Source of the DNA: Candidatus Poribacteria bacterium
GTDB lineage: Bacteria > Poribacteria > WGA-4E > WGA-3G
Reading direction: 5' to 3'
Length of the DNA stretch: 64,000 nt
Assembly (NCBI GenBank): GCA_965215265.1
Contig: OZ244048.1
Coordinates: 4,769,178-4,833,177 of the forward strand
Within the stretch, counting starts at the first letter, position 1. Each line of letters begins with the position of its first letter. A program made the translations under genes and the position numbers. The notes under the pieces were generated by a model. It saw only the letters and a program-made list of their open reading frames with translations. It was not told the DNA's origin and did no database searches. This document shows positions 40,515 through 49,699 of this stretch, piece after piece.

Positions 40515-42341
40515 TTAGCTCCGTTTACGTTTTGAACTATTCGATTTCTTGTTAGTTGCGACTACCAATTCTTCATCATCGGTGTCGGAATACCGCGTTT
40601 GTAAGTATTGTTGCATCACCGTGAAAACATTGTTGCATAACCAGTATAACACAAATCCAGAAGCCCAGTTATAAAAAATGAAGACGAAGATCAGGGGCAT
40701 AAACTGCATCAATTTTGTCTGGATTCCTTCGGTTGTAGGAGTGGGTGTCATGCCACCGACAAATTTCTGTTGCAGCCACGTTGTGAGTCCATTTAGTAGA
40801 GGGAGGAACCGGATAGCATCGATCTGTGTAAATATGAGTGGGATTGTAAACGGGAGTTCTACCAAAGTATCTGGTGCAGATAGGTCGTCAATCCATAAGA
40901 AAAATGGTGTGCCGCGCAATTCGACTGCACTTCCCAGGAGCGCGAAGAGTGCCCAAAAAATTGGCAGTTGTGGCAGCCATGGAATGCAGCCGCCCAATGG
41001 ATTAACTCCGTTATCTTTATAGAGGCGCATCGTGGCCCGGTTCAATTTTTGCGGATCGTCCCGATATTTCTCCTTGAGTTCTGCAAGTGCGGGTTGAAGT
41101 TTCTGCATCTTCTTCATAGATGCATGTGCCTTGCGGGTGAATGGATAGGAAAGCACCTTCACCAGTGCGGTTAGGAGGATAATTGCGATGCCGTAATTCT
41201 GAAAAACAGCATGCAATCCTTTGAATATCCAGAGCATTCCCCAGGCGACCGGCCCGAAGAACCCGAAGTCAATAATTTTAGAAAGCCGGATCGGCTCTTC
41301 CGGTGCATTTGGGGCCTCTATCTGTTTGAGGAGCGTATTGTTCTTTGGTCCGACATAGAGGCGAAACTCGTGGGTCTGGCGTTGATTAGAGGCGAGCTGG
41401 AACCGCGGTATCACCAGTACTGCTGTCTCTGTTTGTGCGGCAGTTTCTATATTTTCGCGCTTGTCGTTTTTAGAGACATCTAACTGATAGATTGCTTCCA
41501 ATTCGGGGTCCGGAATCATGATTGCACTAAAGTACTGGCTATCAATCCCTGCCCAGAGGACTGTCTCTGACGCTTTTTCAACTTTCAGTTCACGCGTTGG
41601 CTTTCCTTCACCGAGGTAGGCTTTCGCGCCTTCGCTGCCGCGCCTGCCACGCTTTCCGCTCTTTTTCTCATGTGGAAGCAGATCAGCATTGATACCAGCG
41701 CCCCAGCGGAGTTGGTAGCCGTTTGCAGGTTCAGTTCCACCGATAAGGAGTGGTTCAGTGGAGACGTTTTGGAACGTTAACGCTAAGTCTACGTAATATT
41801 TATCCGCATAGAAGGTTATAGTTTTGGCAACATTTAGCTTTTCCGCGATTGTGGCTGTTAAGGTAAGCGTTTCGGATGCTGGCGTGTTTTCGATATTTAT
41901 TTCGGATTTATCGGCTTTCCATGTAGCGCGGAGTGCGTCGAGTTGAATTTGCGGGTTCTCAAAACGCAAGGCGAGGCAGTTAAGTGCGTTCTCCGGAATC
42001 AGATTTAATGGTGCAGCCGCTGTATCGGTGCGGTCAACGAAGTCTGTTAATTCCCAAGTTTTTGCGATTGCTAATTTTTCGTTAAAGATGATACGGTAAT
42101 TATCAGTCTGGATATGCACCTTTGCATCATCGGGGCTCTCCTGAACCGGCGTAAAAAGACCCGGAGTGAGCGGTGTCTCGGTGTTCTCACTCAGTGATGT
42201 TTCACTTGGTACAGGTGGCGGGGTTGTCTCGGAAGTTGCGGGTTCCTCTTGTTGTGGAACAAAACGATTGCCGTAAAACAGGCTCCAGGCAATCATAACG
42301 CCAACCATTAGAACCAGCGCAAGAATATAACGTGATCCCAT
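40515..42341 (-). CDS. yidC: Membrane protein insertase YidC
   Basis: YVGPK, NYGIAIILLT, GVNPLGGCIP, LWIDDLSAPD, LYWLCNN. Confidence 0.96.
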   Translation of the reverse strand: MGSRYILALVLMVGVMIAWSLFYGNRFVPQQEEPATSETTPPPVPSETSLSENTETPLTPGLFTPVQESPDDAKVHIQTDNYRIIFNEKLAIAKTWELTDFVDRTDTAAAPLNLIPENALNCLALRFENPQIQLDALRATWKADKSEINIENTPASETLTLTATIAEKLNVAKTITFYADKYYVDLALTFQNVSTEPLLIGGTEPANGYQLRWGAGINADLLPHEKKSGKRGRRGSEGAKAYLGEGKPTRELKVEKASETVLWAGIDSQYFSAIMIPDPELEAIYQLDVSKNDKRENIETAAQTETAVLVIPRFQLASNQRQTHEFRLYVGPKNNTLLKQIEAPNAPEEPIRLSKIIDFGFFGPVAWGMLWIFKGLHAVFQNYGIAIILLTALVKVLSYPFTRKAHASMKKMQKLQPALAELKEKYRDDPQKLNRATMRLYKDNGVNPLGGCIPWLPQLPIFWALFALLGSAVELRGTPFFLWIDDLSAPDTLVELPFTIPLIFTQIDAIRFLPLLNGLTTWLQQKFVGGMTPTPTTEGIQTKLMQFMPLIFVFIFYNWASGFVLYWLCNNVFTVMQQYLQTRYSDTDDEELVVATNKKSNSSKRKRS

Positions 42342-42361
42342 TGAAATTAGGTGCTCCTCTT

Positions 42362-42565
42362 CTATTTAAGCGGATCAAAACCACCCGGATGGTACGGGTG
42401 GCATTTCGAAAGTCTTTTAAGGGTGAGCCAACCGCCTTTACAAGTTCCGTAGCGTTCTAGTGCCTCCAAGGCGTACTGTGAACATGTAGGATAAAATCTG
42501 CACGATTGCGGCAGTAGTGGTGAAATCAAACGGCGATAAAAGCGAATGGCATATTGGAGAATCAT
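42362..42565 (-). CDS. yidD: Membrane protein insertion efficiency factor
   Basis: [19 protein letters not shown]...[11 protein letters not shown]. Confidence 0.96.
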   Translation of the reverse strand: MILQYAIRFYRRLISPLLPQSCRFYPTCSQYALEALERYGTCKGGWLTLKRLSKCHPYHPGGFDPLK

Positions 42566-42696
42566 AATTGCGGTTATATCTTCAAAACGCTAGAAAACTC
42601 TTACGAGCTCTTCATAGGGATGTCATTCAGTTAGTCGAATATCACAAAAGTGGCGAGATAGGTATTTTTTGTCTGTCCATGAGACAAGATTACTTT

Positions 42697-43080
42697 TTAC
42701 TCGCCACCCACTGGGTGTTGATTAAAAATGGTGGCTTTACAAAGGAGACTTTGCAATCTGCTTTGTGCCTGTTGACACGTGAGGTGGCGAGCGGCGGCTC
42801 TGCCTACAACCACAATATCAATTTCCGTTTGAATTTTGGGGCGTAAGGCACGAAACGCTTCCCGTATCAATCTTTTGAGGCGGTTCCTTTGGACACTGTT
42901 TCCGATTTTTTTGCTCACGGTGATCCCCACGCGTGCATTATGGTATGATTTGTCCGAATACGTCGCGAGCACGTATATAACAAAGTAGGAATTCCAATAC
43001 TTCCTGCCTTGTTGGTAGGCACGTTGAAATTCCCAGCGCTTTTTCAGGCTATCGGGATGGATTTTGTGCTGCATGCTCAT
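42697..43080 (-). CDS. rnpA: Ribonuclease P protein component
   Basis: RVGITVSKKIGNSVQRNRLKRLIREAFR. Confidence 0.95.
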   Translation of the reverse strand: MSMQHKIHPDSLKKRWEFQRAYQQGRKYWNSYFVIYVLATYSDKSYHNARVGITVSKKIGNSVQRNRLKRLIREAFRALRPKIQTEIDIVVVGRAAARHLTCQQAQSRLQSLLCKATIFNQHPVGGE

Positions 43081-43103
43081 AAGATGGACTACGAAGACAC
43101 CGT

Positions 43104-43649
43104 TTACGCCGAATAATCATGGTTAAGGTACAGATATTTGTGCCATGATGAATGGTAACCGCGGCAATTATAACCACTGCCCCGGTTGAGTTGCAAATAA
43201 GTCAAAATTGAAGGCGTTTTAGGAGGACGTGTTAATTGCATCCCAGCCTGATGTAGCATCTGATTCCCTTTTTTGTTATTACACTTTTTACATGCTGTCA
43301 CCACGTTTTCCCATGTTGTTGTCCCTCCCCGAGAGAGCGGTATAACATGATCCAAGGTTAGCAGGGCTGTCGGAGATTCTTGCTGACAATATTGGCAACG
43401 ATACCGGTCCCGGACAAGTACATTTTTGCGCGAAAATTTGACAACACTACGTGGAACATGAACGTAGTGTACCAACCGAATGACATGCGGTACGGGCATG
43501 GCGGTACTGGGTGAATGAATCTCGGCTGTGGATGCTTCTTCTGTCTGCGCAGTTCCTTTGAAAACCATCTTCAACGCACGTCTCAGATTACAAATGTTGA
43601 TGGCTTCATAGCTAGCGTTAAGGACCAAGACAGACGTTTCCATTGACAT
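43104..43649 (-). CDS. HNH endonuclease (McrA/HNH_5-like)
   Basis: VLVLNASYE, SRKNVLVRDRYRCQYC, TLDHVIPLSRGG, WENVVTACKKCNNKKG. Confidence 0.92.
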   Translation of the reverse strand: MSMETSVLVLNASYEAINICNLRRALKMVFKGTAQTEEASTAEIHSPSTAMPVPHVIRLVHYVHVPRSVVKFSRKNVLVRDRYRCQYCQQESPTALLTLDHVIPLSRGGTTTWENVVTACKKCNNKKGNQMLHQAGMQLTRPPKTPSILTYLQLNRGSGYNCRGYHSSWHKYLYLNHDYSA

Positions 43650-43852
43650 TTCTCCTTTACTTGAACGATGGCGATGAATCCGTACTGACTCTTATATATT
43701 CTAACACATTTTCAGCGAAATTGCAACTAAAATTTGTTTGTGCTTGGCATAACTAATTTTCATGATTAAATTTAAGTTCTCATTGTATCATGATAAAGTA
43801 CAATATGCACTTGGAAGCGACATGCATACAAAGAAAGGAGTAAGGATTACGG

Positions 43853-45481
43853 ATGCAGATTTCGATCTTGAACGGATTCCGGCAAGTTTTTACAATCATC
43901 GCAATTTTGAGTTTCGGGAGTGGTTTGCCGGGGCGCGCAGCGGATATCCAATTTGTGGATGTCACTGAAGAGTCTGGTATTCACTTTAAACATGCCGGGG
44001 GTATCTCGCTGCGTGTCGTTCCTGCCCTTGTAGGTTCTGGTGCAGCCTGGCGTGATTATGATAACGATGGTACGTTAGATTTGTACGTTGTCAATGCAAC
44101 TGCTGTACGTCAGGAACCCGGTGCGGTTCTCCCGAGCAACGTACTCTATCGAAATAATGGCGATGCAACCTTCACGGATGTCACAGAGCCTGCAGGTGTT
44201 CGGCATACTGGTTGGGGTATGGGATGTGCCTTTGCTGATTATGATAATGACGGGGATGCAGACCTCTACCTTACCAATTATCAAGCCAACGTATTTTATA
44301 AAAACAGTGGAGATGGGACCTTCAATCTATATACATCTGGTGCCGGTGGCATTGGGCATCCTGGATTTGGTTCCGGTATTGCCTGGGGTGATTACGACGC
44401 GGATGGATTCCTTGATTTGTATGTTGGCAACTATATTGAATACACCAAAGTTCCCCAAGGTGACGAAGTGTTTTTTCCATACGATTTTTTTGGGCAATCT
44501 AATATTCTCTATCTTAACAAAGGGGATGGTGCTTTCATAAATATCACGGATGCTGCAAAAGTTAACGGGGGTTTTCATCTCACGCTGGGCGTTGCCGCGG
44601 CAGACTACGATGCCGATGGGGCCCTGGATCTGTATCTTGCCAACGATACCGACCAGAACATTCTCTATCGCAATAATGGCGATGTAACGTTCACCAATAC
44701 GAATCGCCCAGAGGCGCGGAGCCGAACCGGAGACATCCGCAGTGGTATGGGTATTGCCTGGGGTGATTATGATAACGATGGCGATTTGGATCTCTTCGTT
44801 ACAAATTGGCTGGATGAAAATAACGTATTGTACCAAAATAACGGAGATGGGACCTTTACGGATGTCTCGGCACGGAGTAGAATTTTTGAATCCGGTCTCG
44901 GCAAGACATGTTGGGGAACTGCCCTCTTTGATGCAGATAATGATGGCGACTTGGACCTCTTTTTTGCGTGTGGGCACATCGATCCTGCTGAATCGGAGGA
45001 GCATGGGCAGGCAGATGTACTGCTCCGGAACAATGGTGATGGTACTTTTAGCGATATATCTGAGGCGATTAGGATTCGGCAATCGGCTTCCCCTGGTGTT
45101 GGGCGCGGTGTTGCTGTCGGAGACTACGATGCGGATGGCGATCTTGATCTGTTTATTGTGAACTGTGGCACCGAACCGATGCTGCTCAGGAACGACGGTG
45201 GGAATCAGCAGAATTGGCTGCATATTCGGACTATCGGTGTGGAAAGCAACCGTGATGGAGTTGGCGCACAAGTGAAGGTGTACGCGGGTGAGCTCGTGCA
45301 AGTTCAACAGGTTGCTGCTGGTGATAGCTATCTTTCACAAAGTAGTCCCGAAGTGGAGTTTGGATTGGGGGATAGGGAGAAGGTTGAGCGCGTCGTAATT
45401 CAGTGGCCAAGCGGGATTGTGCAAACGTTGAAAGATGTGCAGGTCAATCAGCGGCTCGTTGTAGTTGAAAAGGCGGATTGA
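43853..45481 (+). CDS. CRTAC1-family FG-GAP repeat / ASPIC-UnbV secreted protein
   Basis: Repeated DYDNDGxxDL and RNNGDGTF; C-terminal NRDGVGAQV...YLSQS...FGLG...WPSG. Confidence 0.9.
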   Translation: MQISILNGFRQVFTIIAILSFGSGLPGRAADIQFVDVTEESGIHFKHAGGISLRVVPALVGSGAAWRDYDNDGTLDLYVVNATAVRQEPGAVLPSNVLYRNNGDATFTDVTEPAGVRHTGWGMGCAFADYDNDGDADLYLTNYQANVFYKNSGDGTFNLYTSGAGGIGHPGFGSGIAWGDYDADGFLDLYVGNYIEYTKVPQGDEVFFPYDFFGQSNILYLNKGDGAFINITDAAKVNGGFHLTLGVAAADYDADGALDLYLANDTDQNILYRNNGDVTFTNTNRPEARSRTGDIRSGMGIAWGDYDNDGDLDLFVTNWLDENNVLYQNNGDGTFTDVSARSRIFESGLGKTCWGTALFDADNDGDLDLFFACGHIDPAESEEHGQADVLLRNNGDGTFSDISEAIRIRQSASPGVGRGVAVGDYDADGDLDLFIVNCGTEPMLLRNDGGNQQNWLHIRTIGVESNRDGVGAQVKVYAGELVQVQQVAAGDSYLSQSSPEVEFGLGDREKVERVVIQWPSGIVQTLKDVQVNQRLVVVEKAD

Positions 45482-45518
45482 TCGGGAAGGCCCTTCGTTT
45501 TCATTTATGGAAAAACAA

Positions 45519-45547
45519 TTGACATTACAGATGAAATGTGGTATTTT
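45519..45547 (+). promoter_or_regulatory. Sigma-70 promoter for the malectin-like pair
   Basis: TTGACA-17-TATTTT with TG extension; AAGGAGG RBS follows. Confidence 0.5.
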
Positions 45548-45586
45548 AATAGAGACTTGTGCTTTTACCAAAAAAGGAGGTAATAT

Positions 45587-46237
45587 ATGCAACAGGATTT
45601 AGTATCGATTATGTCGCTTGCAGTTTTTCTGGCAATGTTTCTTCTGCACGATGCTTTACCGGCTGAAGAGATTCGCGTCTGGGGCGGCAAGATTGAGGAT
45701 TTTAAAGATTCCGACGGTCGGACCTGGCACGGTGGACAGAATGAAAAAAAAGAATGGGGCGGCTGGATCGAGAAGCTACCACGCACGGCAGAGGTTCAGC
45801 AACTCACTAAAGATGCTGAGAAACTTGCTAAGCAGGAAGGGTACGATAAAGAACTCTTTTATGCAGTAAGTTGGGCCCAATTTCCGGATACCGTTAAAAT
45901 GGATTTGAATACCGGAAAAGGTACCTTTAACGTGACATATCTCGTCGGGGAGCACTGGTCTCCGAACAACCGTGGTTTTGATATTATTATAGAAGATGAG
46001 GTTGTCGAGGAAGAGTATGTGACCCCCGGCAACCACGAAATCGATATTAAGCGTTACGAAGGCATTGAAGTCAAAGACAAGGTGATGAGCCTTGAATTTG
46101 CTGGGAATCCAAAGACCGGCGCAGGCGACCTCAATGCTATGTTTAGTGGGATCGAGGTAATACCAGCATTAGCCGTGGACCCAAAACTGAAACTCACTAC
46201 GACGTGGGGCGCACTTAAAGCGAAACGGCAAAACTAA
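45587..46237 (+). CDS. Secreted malectin-like protein with C-terminal KLTTTWGxLK motif
   Basis: Signal peptide; GTFNVTYLVGEHW...RGFDIIIE; ends AVDPKLKLTTTWGALK. Confidence 0.65.
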   Translation: MQQDLVSIMSLAVFLAMFLLHDALPAEEIRVWGGKIEDFKDSDGRTWHGGQNEKKEWGGWIEKLPRTAEVQQLTKDAEKLAKQEGYDKELFYAVSWAQFPDTVKMDLNTGKGTFNVTYLVGEHWSPNNRGFDIIIEDEVVEEEYVTPGNHEIDIKRYEGIEVKDKVMSLEFAGNPKTGAGDLNAMFSGIEVIPALAVDPKLKLTTTWGALKAKRQN

Positions 46238-46253
46238 TATAACGGAGGGATAT

Positions 46254-46901
46254 ATGAAATCTCTTAGCATTTTAGCGTTAATAATCTTTCTTGCAATTCT
46301 CATCGGGCCGGTTTTATTCGCTGCGGAAGAATTCCGGGTTAAGGGCGGCACGGCTGATGATTTTACCGATTCGCAAGGACGCGTCTGGAACGGAGCGCAG
46401 CAGAGCGACCAGGCTTGGGGTGGATGGATAGAAAAAGAACCCCGTACCGCAGAAGTCACGACGTTGACAGCAGACGCACAAGCACAAGCTGAAGCAGCAG
46501 GATACGATGTTGAGCTCTTTTACGCAGTCAGTTGGGCACAGTTTCCAGACACAGTTAAGTATCAGTTTAAGACCGGTAATGGTGTTTTTGACGTAACCTA
46601 TCTCGTCGGCGAACACTGGTCTCCGAATAATCGCGGCTATGATATTATTATTGAAGATGAAAATGTTGAGCCGCTGTACGTAACCCCTGGCAAAGATGAA
46701 ATTGATATCAAAACCTACGAAACCATCGAGGTTACCGATGGGGCACTTGATTTTCATTTCGCAGGGAACGCCGAGACTGGCGCAGGCGACCTAAATGCAA
46801 TGTTCAGTGCGTTAGAAGTTGTTCCTGCAGTTAGTACTGCTGTAGATGCACAGGCGAAACTGACGACAACCTGGGGCACGCTGAAAGTCCAACGTCAATA
46901 A
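46254..46901 (+). CDS. Tandem paralog of the preceding malectin-like protein
   Basis: Shared ELFYAVSWAQFPDTVK, VTYLVGEHWSPNNRG, TGAGDLNAMFS; ends AVDAQAKLTTTWGTLK. Confidence 0.65.
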   Translation: MKSLSILALIIFLAILIGPVLFAAEEFRVKGGTADDFTDSQGRVWNGAQQSDQAWGGWIEKEPRTAEVTTLTADAQAQAEAAGYDVELFYAVSWAQFPDTVKYQFKTGNGVFDVTYLVGEHWSPNNRGYDIIIEDENVEPLYVTPGKDEIDIKTYETIEVTDGALDFHFAGNAETGAGDLNAMFSALEVVPAVSTAVDAQAKLTTTWGTLKVQRQ

Positions 46902-46919
46902 AACGAAAACCTAATGCGA

Positions 46920-46960
46920 AAAAGCCCACGGTAATTAAGTTACCATGGGCTTTTGTTTTT
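46920..46960 (+). terminator. Intrinsic, probably bidirectional terminator
   Basis: AAAAGCCCACGGTAA-ttaag-TTACCATGGGCTTTT followed by T tract. Confidence 0.8.
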
Positions 46961-47063
46961 GCTGCTTAGAATTGACAACCTAATTTAGCGGGTCTCTGCT
47001 TGTCTGCATTTCGTGGAACCCTTTTTTCGCTATTTTTGTGCCTTGCCTGCTCATCTGAACGGC

Positions 47064-47843
47064 TTACTCCGCTTTCGGTGTGGTTAAGTCTCCGCTCAAA
47101 ATTGTAGGGCACCAGAATTTCTCAATATATTCAATGATTAACCGCGTGCCTTCTTCATGGCTCACATAGGGCGGCTTAAACGGATTGTACATTGCGTCAG
47201 TGAGGTCGCGCGCCAGAAGGGCATTAAAGCCCCAACGGACCATCTGTTTTATCGCGAAGGAGCGCCCCAAGACGCACATGTTGGTATGAACCCCCATAAA
47301 AATAAGGTTCCGAATGCCCTTGTGGTGGAGTAAGTTGTAAACCTCTTGTCCATTATCGGTAACGGCATCTGTCAGATCAATTTCAATGGCTTCGTGTTGT
47401 CGATGCCAGGCTTTATAACTGTCGGTTTCGCCAGTGTCTGAGCCACCGTCGGAGGCATCAACAGGTAACGGTGGATCTGGCAGTTCACGTTCGTCTGGCG
47501 GCTCCGCATGAGGCAGTTCAAACACCCACTGTCGCGCTGCATGTGATTCGTAGAAATCCATCGTATCGGAGGGAGCATGAATAATCTGCACGCCGCGTTG
47601 TCTCGCCCGTTCAAGCACGATGTTCATCCGCGGAGCCATCACGTTCACTCGTTCGGTTGCGCCCCAAGACCAGTGTTCATTCCACATGTCAACAACAATT
47701 ATGGCAGTCTCGGATGCGTTCCAAGTCACTTCCTCTTCAATGATACACCAGCCATTTCGTCCAACAGTGCGCGCTTCTTGGCGGCGAATTGAGAGGGATA
47801 AATTCTCCCCGGTTGTAGAGTCAGGTAAATTGTCAAATTGCAT
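47064..47843 (-). CDS. Isochorismatase/nicotinamidase-like cysteine hydrolase
   Basis: TAIIVVDMW, IIHAPS, MGVHTNMCVLGR. Confidence 0.85.
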   Translation of the reverse strand: MQFDNLPDSTTGENLSLSIRRQEARTVGRNGWCIIEEEVTWNASETAIIVVDMWNEHWSWGATERVNVMAPRMNIVLERARQRGVQIIHAPSDTMDFYESHAARQWVFELPHAEPPDERELPDPPLPVDASDGGSDTGETDSYKAWHRQHEAIEIDLTDAVTDNGQEVYNLLHHKGIRNLIFMGVHTNMCVLGRSFAIKQMVRWGFNALLARDLTDAMYNPFKPPYVSHEEGTRLIIEYIEKFWCPTILSGDLTTPKAE

Positions 47844-47888
47844 CGGTATCTCCTTTAGGAATTTCAGTATAGGCTTGTAAGTGATGCC

Positions 47889-48374
47889 CTAATTCTCAAG
47901 GTGCGCTTGCAAACAACATGCTAAAATATACGCATCTTTACAATGTCCATAGTAATTCTTTCGGGTACCACGGATACGGAACTCGAACTGTCGGTAGAGG
48001 GCCTGGGCAGGTAAGTTGGTGACTGCGACTTCTAAGAAGACCTCTCTTGCACCGTGCGTTGCCATAAATTTTAGTGCAGAGGCAAGTAGGTGTTTTGCGA
48101 TGCCGCGCCTCTGATACCTAGCTGCGACTGCGATACTAAAAATGTGGCCTTCCGGAACGAGAAGCTGAAATACAATGTAACCAACGATTTCTGCGTGTTG
48201 TCGAGTGACATAAAAATGCTCGTTTGAACGTGGGCTGCGGAGTCCTAGTTCGAAGATATTTGCGCTCCATGGATTCGAAAATGCCTCATTTTCAATCGTC
48301 ATCACCTGCGGCAGGTCTGACAATTGCATTTTCTCAAAAGTAAGTTCTCCGAACGAGGTTGTGTTTTTTTTCAT
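47889..48374 (-). CDS. rimI: Ribosomal-protein-alanine N-acetyltransferase
   Basis: AFSNPWS, IAVAARYQRRGIA, FLEVAVTN..AQALY, RKNYY..DA. Confidence 0.85.
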   Translation of the reverse strand: MKKNTTSFGELTFEKMQLSDLPQVMTIENEAFSNPWSANIFELGLRSPRSNEHFYVTRQHAEIVGYIVFQLLVPEGHIFSIAVAARYQRRGIAKHLLASALKFMATHGAREVFLEVAVTNLPAQALYRQFEFRIRGTRKNYYGHCKDAYILACCLQAHLEN

Positions 48375-48519
48375 TTGCGAGACTCAGGCTGAATTTTGCG
48401 AGCGTATATTAAAAATTAGCATTGACAGTATTATCATGTCAAGTTTTGTTTTTTTTTTTTGATTTATGTTATAATATATGTTATAATAAATGTCAAAAGC
48501 ACTTTGTGCGGAGAAAATA

Positions 48520-49662
48520 ATGAAAGATTTCGCTTTTACAGGTGGTAGACCTGATCCCTACACGTTCCCAACGGATGGCCTCATTGCGGCCAGCGAGAAG
48601 GCAATCCGTAAACTCGGTGGGTGCCTTGTTAACTACCCAGGTGAATCGGGTTATAGGGGCTTACGAGAATTGGCCTCAATGCGGTTTGAGCGTCGAGAGG
48701 GTGTAGCGCTACCGATAGATAACATATCTATTACCTCAGGTTCTATGCAAGCATTAGAATTGGTGCTTGGGACATTTATTAATCCAGGTGATACTGTCCT
48801 GACAGAGGAATTTACCTACAGTGGTACCCTCGGGATTATGCGGCATTTCCAAGCGAATATCGTCGGCATCCCAATGGATTATATCAATGGCATGAATATG
48901 GACGCATTGGAGGCGGAGCTCAAGGGGCTCAAATCCAAAAATATCCGGCCATCGCTCATCTATACGACCTCTAATCATCAGAATCCGACCGGCGCGATAC
49001 TTTCGATTGAACGGCGGCAACGCATGTTGGCACTAGCGGAAGAGTACGATACGTTGATTGTTGAAGACGATTGCTACGGCGATATTGACTTTACGTCAAC
49101 GCCGACACCGGATGCACTCTTTAAACTAGACACCTCAAATCGGGTGATCTTCATCGCTACCTTCTCCAAGATTCTAGGAGCTGGCGTTCGGCAAGGCTAT
49201 TTTGTCGCGAGGGAACCCTATTATGGACAAATTCACCAGAATAGGTGGGATGGGGGTACAAGTGCACTTGCAAGTGCAATCGTCGCGGAATTTTTCATGG
49301 AGCACCTTGAGATGCATCTGGTGAAGACAAATGCTGCTGTCGGTGCTAAATGTCGGGCGGTGGTTGAAACCCTTGATAAACAGGTTAGCGGCCTCTGTAC
49401 TTGGACACGCCCGCGGGGGGGACTTTTCCTTTGGATAGATTTGCCGCAGGCCACGGATTTAGATATATTGCAGAAATTCGCATCTGCCAAAGGTGTCGGA
49501 TATAGCAACGGCAGCGCGTTCCATTACGCAGGCGAACCCGTTAAAGCCATTCGCCTTGCCTACGCTTATTGCCACGTTGACGATATTCCTGAAGGAATTA
49601 CTTATTTATGTGAAGCCATCCAGGGGGCACAAGTCGCAAACCTGGATAATGCTACAAGTTAG
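48520..49662 (+). CDS. PLP-dependent aminotransferase class I (MocR/2-aminoadipate type, no HTH)
   Basis: TSGSMQAL, HQNPTG, IVEDDCYG, TFSKILGAGVRQG, PRGGLFLW; start 48490 or 48520. Confidence 0.88.
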   Translation: MKDFAFTGGRPDPYTFPTDGLIAASEKAIRKLGGCLVNYPGESGYRGLRELASMRFERREGVALPIDNISITSGSMQALELVLGTFINPGDTVLTEEFTYSGTLGIMRHFQANIVGIPMDYINGMNMDALEAELKGLKSKNIRPSLIYTTSNHQNPTGAILSIERRQRMLALAEEYDTLIVEDDCYGDIDFTSTPTPDALFKLDTSNRVIFIATFSKILGAGVRQGYFVAREPYYGQIHQNRWDGGTSALASAIVAEFFMEHLEMHLVKTNAAVGAKCRAVVETLDKQVSGLCTWTRPRGGLFLWIDLPQATDLDILQKFASAKGVGYSNGSAFHYAGEPVKAIRLAYAYCHVDDIPEGITYLCEAIQGAQVANLDNATS

Positions 49663-49699
49663 AAAATATAATCATGCCTTAAGAAAAGGAGAGAAGGTT

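Noticed and set aside
44327-45307. 326-aa antisense ORF
   Set aside because: Fully antisense to the well-supported CRTAC1-family gene; no motifs.
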